Shown: positions 1 through 7,293 of the stretch, piece after piece
How positions within the stretch are numbered: the stretch's first letter is position 1
How the letters are laid out: each line of letters begins with the position of its first letter
NCBI GenBank assembly: GCA_046758365.1
Contig: JBHIAC010000092.1
Coordinates: 1-13,121 of the forward strand
Origin: a bacterium
GTDB lineage: Bacteria; Zhuqueibacterota; Zhuqueibacteria; Oceanimicrobiales; Oceanimicrobiaceae
DNA: 13,121 bases
Direction: 5' to 3'
The notes under the pieces: model-generated
Databases searched by the model: none
What the model saw: only the letters and a program-made list of their open reading frames with translations
What the model was told of the DNA's origin: nothing
Translations under genes and position numbers: made by a program

Positions 1-1198
1 CCAAAGGATCGATTGTATTAACCACACCAGTTTCATAAGCTATGATTTGTTGGGTACGCAAAGCAATTTTCGCTGCCCACTCCGACGGCAAGGCCCAGGT
101 TTCGTCCAAGGAATTGGTGTGCAGCGATTGAGTACCCCCTAAAACGCCTGCCAAAGCCTCAAAAGCGGTGCGGATTATATTATTCTCTGGCTGCTGACCT
201 GTTAACGAACAACCCGCGGTTTGGGTATGAAATCTTAATTTCCATGAACGTTCATCTTTGGCCCCGTATTTTCCCCGCATTTTTTTCGCATAGATTCGAC
301 GTGCCGCTCGGAATTTAGCAACTTCTTCAAAAAAGTCTAAGTGGGAATTGAAAAAGAAAGAAAAACGTGGTGCAAAATCATCTACGTTTAGACCACCGCG
401 TATACAAGCTTCTACATAAGCAAATCCGTCCGCAAGGGTAAAAGCTAACTCTTGAATGGCTGTCGAGCCCGCTTCACGAATATGATAACCACTAATGGAG
501 ACTGTATTCCACATGGGGACATATTTGGTACAGTACTCAACTGAATCAGTAAATATTCTCATGGACGGTCTGGGTGGAAAAATAAATTCCTTTTGAGCAA
601 TATATTCTTTCAAAATATCATTTTGCAATGTCCCTTGCAGCTTCTCCCGTGGCACGACCTGTTTTTCAGCAACACAAATATAGAGGGCTAACAAAATAGC
701 AGCAGGAGAATTAATAGTCATGGAGGTACTAATTTTGTCCAGGGGAATACCTTCGAATAAAACTTCCATATCTGCCAACGAGTCAATAGCTACGCCACAG
801 ACACCGACCTCTCCTTGACTTTTAGGATTATCCGAATCCACTCCCATCAACGTGGGTAAATCAAAAGCAACCGAAAGACCGGTTTGGCCCTGCTCCAAAA
901 GATATTTAAAGCGATTGTTGGTGTCTTTTGCGGTGCCAAATCCCGCAAACTGGCGCATAGTCCAAAGACGTCCGCGGTACATATTGTAATGAATGCCTCG
1001 AGTATAGGGATATTCACCAGGAAATCCAATTTCCTTATAAAAATCTATATTTTCAATACCATCGGGGGTATATAAAATATCAATGGGCTCACTGGAGGTC
1101 GTAACAAATTTTGCATTACGGTCCTTGGATTTCTCTTTCCTGGCTTTGTCCCACTCCTGCTTGACTGCTTTAATTTTTTCGAGACTATTATTATTCAT
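1..1198 (-). CDS. Methylmalonyl-CoA mutase family protein, large (substrate-binding) subunit, partial, runs off the left edge; isobutyryl-CoA-mutase-like residues
   Basis: Manual translation from ATG at 1198 (overlaps the meaB stop) is open to position 2: [10 protein letters not shown]...[31 protein letters not shown]...[16 protein letters not shown]...[21 protein letters not shown]...[15 protein letters not shown]...RFHTQTAG...[13 protein letters not shown]. These are hallmark motifs of AdoCbl-dependent acyl-CoA mutases. It is not in the ORF track because there is no stop inside the window. Confidence 0.96.
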   Translation of the reverse strand, partial: MNNNSLEKIKAVKQEWDKARKEKSKDRNAKFVTTSSEPIDILYTPDGIENIDFYKEIGFPGEYPYTRGIHYNMYRGRLWTMRQFAGFGTAKDTNNRFKYLLEQGQTGLSVAFDLPTLMGVDSDNPKSQGEVGVCGVAIDSLADMEVLFEGIPLDKISTSMTINSPAAILLALYICVAEKQVVPREKLQGTLQNDILKEYIAQKEFIFPPRPSMRIFTDSVEYCTKYVPMWNTVSISGYHIREAGSTAIQELAFTLADGFAYVEACIRGGLNVDDFAPRFSFFFNSHLDFFEEVAKFRAARRIYAKKMRGKYGAKDERSWKLRFHTQTAGCSLTGQQPENNIIRTAFEALAGVLGGTQSLHTNSLDETWALPSEWAAKIALRTQQIIAYETGVVNTIDPL

Positions 1199-2156
1199 AT
1201 TTTCTCTCCATCTTTCTTTTGAAGTTTACCAAAAGTTGATCAGCAATTTTATAAGGTGACATTTTTGAATTTTGAAAGTTTTCTATATTTTTATGTAATG
1301 TTTGCTGAGTTGATTCGTCCCAAAATGCTCTTTCCAGACGGAACCGTACTATGGAATAGATTTTCTTTAATAATCTGTCTCTTCTATTTTTTTCTAATAA
1401 TTTTTTCTCTTCTAAAAATTTTCGATGTCTTTCAATAACCTCAGCAATTTCTGTTATACCTTCGCCTTTATTTGCTACGGTTTTCAAAACTTTAGGTTCC
1501 CAATCACTTTTTTCACGCAATTGCAGCATGGCTTGAATTTCTTGAAAGGCTCGATCTGAACCTGCTCGGTCAGCCTTGTTCATAACAAAAAGATTGGCTA
1601 TTTCCATAAGACCCGCTTTCATGGCTTGGATTGAATCTCCAGATTCAGGGACTAAAACCACTACGGTGGTGTCAGCGGCTTCCACGACATCCAGTTCCGA
1701 CTGACCTACTCCAACGGTTTCCAAAATCACATAGTCCTTGCCAAAAGCATCGAGGATATCGGCAGCATCGCCAGCTTTTTTCGAGAGCCCACCCAAACTA
1801 CCACGCGTGGCCATACTGCGGATGAAAACGCCTTCGTCCAACGTCAAATCGTTCATCCGAATTCGGTCACCCAAAAGCGCACCGCCGGTAAAAGGGCTTG
1901 TAGGATCCACTGCAATGATTCCGACCGTTTTCCCCTGTTTGCGGTAATATTTGGTTAGCTCATCTACCAAAGTGCTTTTACCAGCGCCTGGGGGACCCGT
2001 GACACCAATTCGATAGGCATGGCCAATTTTTGAATAAAGAGAATCCAAAATCTCCACTGAAGTGGAATCTTCATTTTCAATAAGCGATATAGTTTTGGCC
2101 AACGCTCGGCGATCGCCCTGGAAGAGATTTTTGATTAAATTATTCTGTATACTCAA
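1191..2156 (-). CDS. meaB: MeaB/ArgK-family GTPase, chaperone of B12-dependent acyl-CoA mutases
   Basis: 321 aa, TTG start; P-loop [55 protein letters not shown]; directly upstream of and overlapping the mutase gene. Confidence 0.96.
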   Translation of the reverse strand: MSIQNNLIKNLFQGDRRALAKTISLIENEDSTSVEILDSLYSKIGHAYRIGVTGPPGAGKSTLVDELTKYYRKQGKTVGIIAVDPTSPFTGGALLGDRIRMNDLTLDEGVFIRSMATRGSLGGLSKKAGDAADILDAFGKDYVILETVGVGQSELDVVEAADTTVVVLVPESGDSIQAMKAGLMEIANLFVMNKADRAGSDRAFQEIQAMLQLREKSDWEPKVLKTVANKGEGITEIAEVIERHRKFLEEKKLLEKNRRDRLLKKIYSIVRFRLERAFWDESTQQTLHKNIENFQNSKMSPYKIADQLLVNFKRKMERKYE

Positions 2157-2175
2157 GAAATTAACTCTTCTAACA

Positions 2176-2454
2176 TTATTCAGGAACGGCTTTTCTCAAA
2201 TGTATATCATATAATCTGATTACTTCTTCAAGGTAACTGGAATCCGGTTCCGGGATGGTGTCACCAGCCTCTAAATTGGTTTCAATCCAGGCGCGTTTAG
2301 CATCTTCAATCATTTCTAAAGCTTCTTCTTTAGTTTTTCCGTGGGAAAGACATCCTTCTAATTCAGCCACACTGGCTTCATAAATGCCATCCTCGCATGG
2401 TCTAATTATTGTGGTATAGGGTAATTTTAAATAATGTTCCAACTTGTTACTCAT
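2176..2454 (-). CDS. hicB: Type II TA antitoxin, HicB family
   Basis: 92 aa; YEASVAELEGCLSHGKTKEEALEMIEDAKRAWIE...IPEP is the HicB/UPF0150 signature; overlaps the end of the upstream hicA by 8 nt. Confidence 0.9.
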   Translation of the reverse strand: MSNKLEHYLKLPYTTIIRPCEDGIYEASVAELEGCLSHGKTKEEALEMIEDAKRAWIETNLEAGDTIPEPDSSYLEEVIRLYDIHLRKAVPE

Positions 2455-2686
2455 TTTTCACAAGCTCCTCTATAAATTGAATGGCTTTTTTAACGTAGAC
2501 TTCTCTTATGGGATCATGTCTGGGAATAGTCAATGTAAATTTCTCCTTTTTGTAGACATAGTGGCTTGAGCCACCTCTAGGTTGTCGCACTGAAAATCCG
2601 TACCTTCTTAATAGATTGTCCAGAGTTTTGAACCTTACATGCTTAGGGTTATCTTTAATCTTTTGAAACTCTTTTTCTATTTTCAC
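2447..2686 (-). CDS. hicA: Type II TA toxin, HicA family mRNA interferase
   Basis: 79 aa, GTG start; NPKHVRFKTLDNLLRRYGF...GGSSHYVY...TIPRHDPIREVYVK includes the conserved GSSH His motif; toxin-before-antitoxin order is typical of hicAB. Confidence 0.88.
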   Translation of the reverse strand: MKIEKEFQKIKDNPKHVRFKTLDNLLRRYGFSVRQPRGGSSHYVYKKEKFTLTIPRHDPIREVYVKKAIQFIEELVKNE

Positions 2687-2930
2687 TAAACTTTATTGAT
2701 TTTATTTTCTCACTGTGCTTAAGACTCTCTTCATAAACCTCATAAACGTGCTCCCATTCAAACCATTGTGGTTCATCTCCTAATTTACCGGACTTAAACT
2801 GTTTTAAAAATTCTTTTGAATTCATACCATATCTTTTTTCGAACTCTTTCAATCGTTCACGATATCGTTTGCAATTGAAGTCAAGAGTTCTCATTTTTAA
2901 CTCAAGGCTTGATTTAATTACTGGAATATT
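2655..2930 (-). pseudogene. Probable small antitoxin remnant (TumA-like type usually found beside DUF6516/TumE toxins), native N-terminus apparently lost
   Basis: The motif LKEFEKRYGMNSKEFLKQFKSGKLGDEPQWFEW resembles this antitoxin type. The ORF-track start (2963) lies inside the PIN coding sequence in another frame and its first residues look non-homologous. No cognate toxin follows. Confidence 0.5.
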
Positions 2931-3219
2931 TTTCAAATATTTCCCATGCCTTATCAAGTACAACCTGATTTATATGAAAAATGTTAATTTTGACTTTTTT
3001 CTGTAAGTCTTTAATTTCATATCCAAATTCAACTGCTCTTTTATGACCTACATCAAAACGAAGAAGAGTATACGTCTCATCCAATATATAATCACTGGTT
3101 AAATAGAAATAACCACTATCCAAAAAATCTCTATTGTCCTTTACCGCATTTTTATGATGTTTATCTTTCTTATTATTTAAAGCAACCCAAGCACCGGTAT
3201 CTATGAACAATTTTTTCAT
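2914..3219 (-). pseudogene. vapC: PIN-domain (VapC-like) toxin, C-terminally truncated
   Basis: MKKLFIDTGAWVAL...LTSDYILDETYTLLR...AWEIFEKYS is a clear VapC N-terminal part, but it stops at 101 aa (..KYSSN*). It lacks the usual SFTD and FD segments that carry the remaining catalytic acidic residues. ATGA overlap with the upstream antitoxin. Confidence 0.8.
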
Positions 3220-3461
3220 TGTCTTTTTCCTTGAGAATAGAGATATTTATCGTGTCTTTCAGAAGTATCAGTAAATCTGCCTTCTAACGCTCTATCACCC
3301 ATTGTGTAAAGAATATTATCTGCAGATGACAGAGATTCTTCTTCCATTTTTTCCTCTTGTAGAAATGTTATAAATACATCTATCTCGTCTTGGTCAAAAT
3401 CTATTGGTTCCGTAGGAATAATCCGCCCTTTTTTGTAAAGACCTTTAATTGTTTTATACAT
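3216..3461 (-). CDS. Putative antitoxin (AF2212/DUF104-like), partner of the PIN gene
   Basis: Probable true start is ATG 3461 with AGGAGAG RBS upstream (not 3530), giving 81 aa: MYKTIKGLYKKGRIIPTEPI... and C-terminal DTSERHDKYLY, typical of VapC-associated antitoxins; ATGA overlap with the PIN gene. Confidence 0.75.
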   Translation of the reverse strand: MYKTIKGLYKKGRIIPTEPIDFDQDEIDVFITFLQEEKMEEESLSSADNILYTMGDRALEGRFTDTSERHDKYLYSQGKRQ

Positions 3462-3516
3462 TGTTTGCTCTCCTACTAGGTTTAATATATCTATTTTATG
3501 CCCAAAGTTAGGCGTC

Positions 3517-3553
3517 CAGAGATGACGCACAAAAATTCCTTATGTCATTCTGA
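3517..3553. repeat. Imperfect inverted repeat with GTCATTC core
   Basis: CAGAGATGAC (3517-3526) ... GTCATTCTG (3544-3552) pair with one bulged base; a similar element lies at 10279-10312. Confidence 0.4.
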
Positions 3554-3607
3554 TTAAGCTCTATTCTTATGAGCCTTGTTTAGTTATTAGTGTAACAATA
3601 CGATCGA

Positions 3608-3787
3608 TTATTCATCGTCATAAACTTCTTCCCCAAAGGTCTCGATGTGAAAGCGGATAGCTGATTTCACATCTGAAAGTGCTTCTTCATAAGAACCCCC
3701 TTGTCCAACCACAACCCCTTTAAGCCTTAAGGGATAAGCAACATATCCGTCAGGATGTTTTTCTACAATTATCTTAAATTGTCTCAT
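3608..3787 (-). CDS. Small HicB-like (UPF0150) antitoxin, orphan, possibly C-terminally shortened
   Basis: Manual translation (59 aa, below the ORF-track cutoff): MRQFKIIVEKHPDGYVAYPLRLKGVVVGQGGSYEEALSDVKSAIRFHIETFGEEVYDDE*; AGGAG RBS 8 nt upstream of ATG; G.SYEEAL..VK.AI motif. Confidence 0.8.
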   Translation of the reverse strand: MRQFKIIVEKHPDGYVAYPLRLKGVVVGQGGSYEEALSDVKSAIRFHIETFGEEVYDDE

Positions 3788-3801
3788 GCGATTAACTCCT
3801 A

Positions 3802-3889
3802 TTAGTTACTTGACCATGTGTTAATTCCACACAAGTAGAAAAAACATTCATTGCGTTTTAATAGCTTCAATAACTGAATTAAACTTCAC
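3802..3889 (-). pseudogene. Possible HicA-like N-terminal remnant
   Basis: GTG AAG TTT AAT, then a 1-nt shift, then CAG TTA TTG AAG CTA TTA AAA CGC AAT GAA TGT TTT TTC reads MKFN/QLLKLLKRNECFF, resembling a HicA N-terminus; it lies just upstream of the orphan hicB-like gene. The match is short and weak. Confidence 0.3.
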
Positions 3890-3924
3890 AATTCGTTCAT
3901 TATTCCAAATTTTCGTCAAAACAA

Positions 3925-3953
3925 AAGCTAAGAATTTTGGCCGATATTTGCAA
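3925..3953 (-). promoter_or_regulatory. Putative sigma70-type promoter for the TA block and possibly meaB-mutase
   Basis: Minus strand TTGCAA (3953-3948), 17-nt spacer, TAGCTT (3930-3925), located just downstream of the accC terminator. Confidence 0.45.
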
Positions 3954-4003
3954 GTTATTTTTAGTACACTTGGGTATTGGTAATTCGTTCAAAAATAAGC
4001 AAT

Positions 4004-4029
4004 AAAAAAACCGTCCGAAGACGGTTTTT
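4004..4029 (-). terminator. Rho-independent terminator after accC
   Basis: Minus strand AAAAACCGTC-TTCG-GACGGTTTTTTT: perfect stem, C(UUCG)G tetraloop and U7 tail, 5 nt after the accC stop; T-tracts on both sides suggest it is bidirectional. Confidence 0.9.
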
Positions 4030-4034
4030 AAAAT

Positions 4035-5570
4035 TTAATCTTGTAAATTATTCATCCGACCATACATTTTCCATCGACTCTTTTTATTATCAGACTTTGG
4101 AATGGCCGCTGTTTCTGTTTTCTTTTTTAACTGATTTTCAAAAAGCGCCGCCCCTAAAACTGCAATTTGGGGATGGACACTGTCTTTTGTAACTGCCCTT
4201 TTCTCAATTTCTTTATTATTAAAAAATTCGTTTTCAATGAAGTGGGTATCAAAATTTCCAGAGACAAATTTTTCATTATTCATAACCATTAAGCAAAAAG
4301 GTATCGTGGTTTCAACTCCGCGAATTTGATATTCTTTTAAGGCTCTTTTCATTCTATCGATTGCTTCTTGCCTGGTTTTTCCCCAGGTAATTAGTTTAGA
4401 AATTAACGGGTCGTAATGGACCGATACTTCTGCACCAGCGTAAAAACCACTATCTTCTCGAACCCCTGGTCCATAAGGCTGTACCAAAAAGCTGATTGTT
4501 CCAGTTGAAGGGAGAAAATTATTTGCCGGGTCTTCTGCATAGATTCGGCACTCAATGGCATGACCATTGAAATAAAAGTCCTTCTGCTGAAAGTCCATTG
4601 GTTCACTTGCAGCAATTCGAATCTGCTCTTTTACTAAATCAATGCCTGTCACCATTTCAGTAACTGGATGTTCAACTTGCAGCCGAGTGTTCATTTCTAA
4701 AAAGTAGAAATTTTGATTTTTGTCAACCATAAATTCAATAGTACCAGCATTTTGGTACCCACAAGCTGCAGCCGCTTTAACCGCTGCTTCCCCCATACGT
4801 TCTCTTAAATTTTCATCCAAAAGACAGGACGGGGCTTCCTCGATAACTTTCTGGTGTCGCCGCTGAATAGAGCATTCGCGTTCTCCTAAATGCACCACAT
4901 TACCCTGCTTATCGGCTAAAATTTGAAATTCAATGTGCCTCGGCGCGTCCAAATATTTTTCAATATAAATTCGATCATCGCCAAAGGCTGACTCAGCCTC
5001 TGATTTTGCCGCTCGGAATGAGGCAGCCATTTCATTAGCATTCTTAACAATGCGCATTCCTTTTCCTCCACCACCCGCTGCCGCCTTAAGCAAAACAGGA
5101 TATCCTAAATCATTGGCTATTGTTTCAGCACCTGTCGCATTTTTTAAAGCTTGGTGGGTTCCGGGTACAACAGGCACCTTGGCTTGAATCATGCGCTGCC
5201 GAGCTGCCGTTTTATCTCCCATGAGTTGCATAGCCTCTGGAGGTGGACCAATAAAAACCAATTCCGCTTCTGTTACTTTTTGAGCAAACTCCCAATTTTC
5301 CGCTAAAAAACCATATCCGGGATGAATGGCTTCTGCTCCTAATTTTTTAGCAACATCAATCAACTTCTCCTGGACTAAATAACTTTCTCTGGAAGGCGCA
5401 GGACCAATAAAGTAGGCTTCATCCGCCAAACGTACGTGCAGGGCCAAACGGTCTGCTTCCGAAAAAACGGCCACTGGGATAATACCCAGCTCCCGACAGG
5501 CGCGAATAATCCGAACCGCTATTTCACCACGATTGGCAATTAAGATTTTTTTAAACATTTTACGGGTCAT
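4035..5570 (-). CDS. accC: Acetyl/propionyl-CoA carboxylase, biotin carboxylase subunit (no fused biotin carrier domain)
   Basis: KILIANRGEIAVR, AIHPGYGFLAEN, KAAAGGGGKGMR, ERECSIQRRHQK, FLEMNTRLQVEHPVTE, ECRIYAED, YDPLISKLI; no MKM biotinylation motif. The start may instead be ATG 5558. Confidence 0.96.
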   Translation of the reverse strand: MTRKMFKKILIANRGEIAVRIIRACRELGIIPVAVFSEADRLALHVRLADEAYFIGPAPSRESYLVQEKLIDVAKKLGAEAIHPGYGFLAENWEFAQKVTEAELVFIGPPPEAMQLMGDKTAARQRMIQAKVPVVPGTHQALKNATGAETIANDLGYPVLLKAAAGGGGKGMRIVKNANEMAASFRAAKSEAESAFGDDRIYIEKYLDAPRHIEFQILADKQGNVVHLGERECSIQRRHQKVIEEAPSCLLDENLRERMGEAAVKAAAACGYQNAGTIEFMVDKNQNFYFLEMNTRLQVEHPVTEMVTGIDLVKEQIRIAASEPMDFQQKDFYFNGHAIECRIYAEDPANNFLPSTGTISFLVQPYGPGVREDSGFYAGAEVSVHYDPLISKLITWGKTRQEAIDRMKRALKEYQIRGVETTIPFCLMVMNNEKFVSGNFDTHFIENEFFNNKEIEKRAVTKDSVHPQIAVLGAALFENQLKKKTETAAIPKSDNKKSRWKMYGRMNNLQD

Positions 5571-5916
5571 AATCTTCTTTAAAACTCGCTACGGCCTCAT
5601 CGTCATTATCATAGCTTTTTAATACGTTATCCAATTTTGCAATCCTGATGAGGTTTAGAAACTTTGGATTTAAATTCACCAATTTTAAAACTCCTGATTT
5701 TGATTTTACTTGACGTAGACCGAACAAAAGAGCACCAAGCCCAGAGCTATCGACATAATCTACCTCGTTTAAGTCTATTAAAATTTTGTGTTCACTTTCC
5801 TTCTCAATCAATCTGAGCATTTCAGTTTTGAACTCTGGTGCGATGTAGGTATCAAACCTCGGTTGTAAAAGTCGAAAAATAAGCACATCGCCTATTTTCT
5901 CCTCTTGAAATTGCAT
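5560..5916 (-). CDS. STAS-domain protein, anti-sigma factor antagonist (SpoIIAA/RsbV-like)
   Basis: ILIDLNEVDYVDSSGLGALL with the phospho-acceptor Ser motif; probable start ATG 5916 after AAAGGGG (118 aa); its stop abuts or overlaps the accC start. Confidence 0.9.
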   Translation of the reverse strand: MQFQEEKIGDVLIFRLLQPRFDTYIAPEFKTEMLRLIEKESEHKILIDLNEVDYVDSSGLGALLFGLRQVKSKSGVLKLVNLNPKFLNLIRIAKLDNVLKSYDNDDEAVASFKEDYDP

Positions 5917-6109
5917 GGATACCCCTTTCAAAATTTCTCGAAATTTAGTATTTTTTTATCATAAAAAGTAATAAATAGAGCAGTTCCTCTAAAGACATGA
6001 ACGAAAACCCCAAATTTGCAGAATTAACAACACCTAAGTTATTGTTTTTTTGATCGAGTTTTTTCTAAAAATATACTTTCCGTCCACGTCTATAGAATAT
6101 AATTTGTCA

Positions 6110-6310
6110 TTATTCTAAAATAAAAGTCACTTTCATACTTACTCGATATTCAGAGATATTACCATTTTCAATTTTTGCTTTTTGAGCGACGATTTCAGCC
6201 CCGGTGATATTTCGTAAAGTAGCAGCGGCCCTATCTATCCCTGCTTTGAATGCATCTTGAAACCCTGTGGTCGATGATGCAGTGATTTCTGTTACTCTTG
6301 CTACAGCCAT
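6110..6310 (-). CDS. Dodecin family protein
   Basis: 66 aa; VARVTEITASS..GFQDA...GIDRA..TLRNI...NISEYRVSMKVTFILE; GGAGG RBS upstream. Confidence 0.88.
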   Translation of the reverse strand: MAVARVTEITASSTTGFQDAFKAGIDRAAATLRNITGAEIVAQKAKIENGNISEYRVSMKVTFILE

Positions 6311-6372
6311 GATTAACCTCCTTTTAATTTTTAATTGGATTAATATTTAGAAGAACTGCTCTAGTCTAAAGT

Positions 6373-7293
6373 TTAAATGATTTTGTTATCCGAAAAGATT
6401 TCGATTTGTTCTGTTTCCTTAACAAATTGAGTCTGTTCGATCGATTGAATAATTTCTTCAACATTTAATTTTTCTAGTGAAATAGTAGACGCTTCTGACT
6501 GAATCAGTTGGGTGGTTCCTGGACTACCGAGATCCACGGCAAATACCGGACGATTCTGTTTTCTCGCCTTGCGCGCTGTATCGATACTTCCACTTTTCTC
6601 GTTTGCTTCAACAACAATAACCGCTTTGGCTAATCCACTAACAATACGATCTCGAGCCATAAGATTTCGGCTGATGGGCGGTGTATTAGGGTGTAGTTCG
6701 GAAATTACCGCTCCTTGTAGAATCATCTCCTCGGCTATCCTTATATTGTTTTTAGGATGAATGACACGAACACCTGAACCTAAAACACCAATAGTTCGTC
6801 CTCCCCTTTCCAGCGCACCTTGATGAGCTGCAGTGTCAATACCTCTGGCTAATCCGCTTACCACCGTCCAGCTTTTTTCGACAAATCCACCTGCTAACTT
6901 TTTGGCTATTTCTTTTCCTTGAGTACTGGCCTCTCTTGAGCCAATGATGGCTACGGCATTTTCATCTTGAGAATTAATTTCGCCTCTCACAAAAAGAATC
7001 GGCGGTGCATCAAAGGCCTTCTTTAAATTAGTTGGATAATTCTCATCAACCCAAGTCGTTATTTCAATTCCTTCAGTTTCCAGCGAATAAATTTCCTCTT
7101 CAATTTTTTCAATAGATAAAGATAATAATTGTTGGGCCAAATTCAACGTAATTCTTGGAACTTTCACCAATTCCTCAATAGAAGAATTGAATACAGCCTG
7201 CGGAGAACCCAATTTTGCCATCAGGTTCTGAAAAGTTCTGGTGCCGATGCCCTGGCACATCGCTAAAGCAATCCAATAAGTTCGATCTGTCAT
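6373..7293 (-). CDS. dprA: DprA/Smf family DNA-processing protein (short form; likely RqlI/PsyrA-like partner)
   Basis: 306 aa; N-terminal GIGTRT helix-hairpin region, YPTNLK...PPILFVRG, VAIIGSR, VVSGLARGIDTAAH, RDRIVSGLAKAVIVVEA..KSGS..TA; its ATG directly follows the TAA of the RecQ fusion. Confidence 0.92.
   Translation of the reverse strand: MTDRTYWIALAMCQGIGTRTFQNLMAKLGSPQAVFNSSIEELVKVPRITLNLAQQLLSLSIEKIEEEIYSLETEGIEITTWVDENYPTNLKKAFDAPPILFVRGEINSQDENAVAIIGSREASTQGKEIAKKLAGGFVEKSWTVVSGLARGIDTAAHQGALERGGRTIGVLGSGVRVIHPKNNIRIAEEMILQGAVISELHPNTPPISRNLMARDRIVSGLAKAVIVVEANEKSGSIDTARKARKQNRPVFAVDLGSPGTTQLIQSEASTISLEKLNVEEIIQSIEQTQFVKETEQIEIFSDNKII

Noticed and set aside
847..1075. ORF-track ORFs 847-1029 (-) and 884-1075 (+)
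   Set aside because: They lie within the mutase gene in other frames and have no recognisable motifs.
1256..1947. Plus-strand ORFs 1256-1438, 1631-1825 and 1738-1947
   Set aside because: Antisense shadows of meaB.
3462..3530. N-terminal extension of the antitoxin ORF to 3530
   Set aside because: A clear RBS precedes ATG 3461 and family-like sequence starts there; the extension runs into the inverted-repeat spacer.
3977..4615. ORFs 3977-4192 (+) and 4403-4615 (-)
   Set aside because: They overlap accC or its terminator in antisense or alternative frames; no family features.
5942..5971. Possible promoter upstream of the STAS gene (TTACTT...TAAATT)
   Set aside because: Weak match in very AT-rich DNA; not distinguishable from background.
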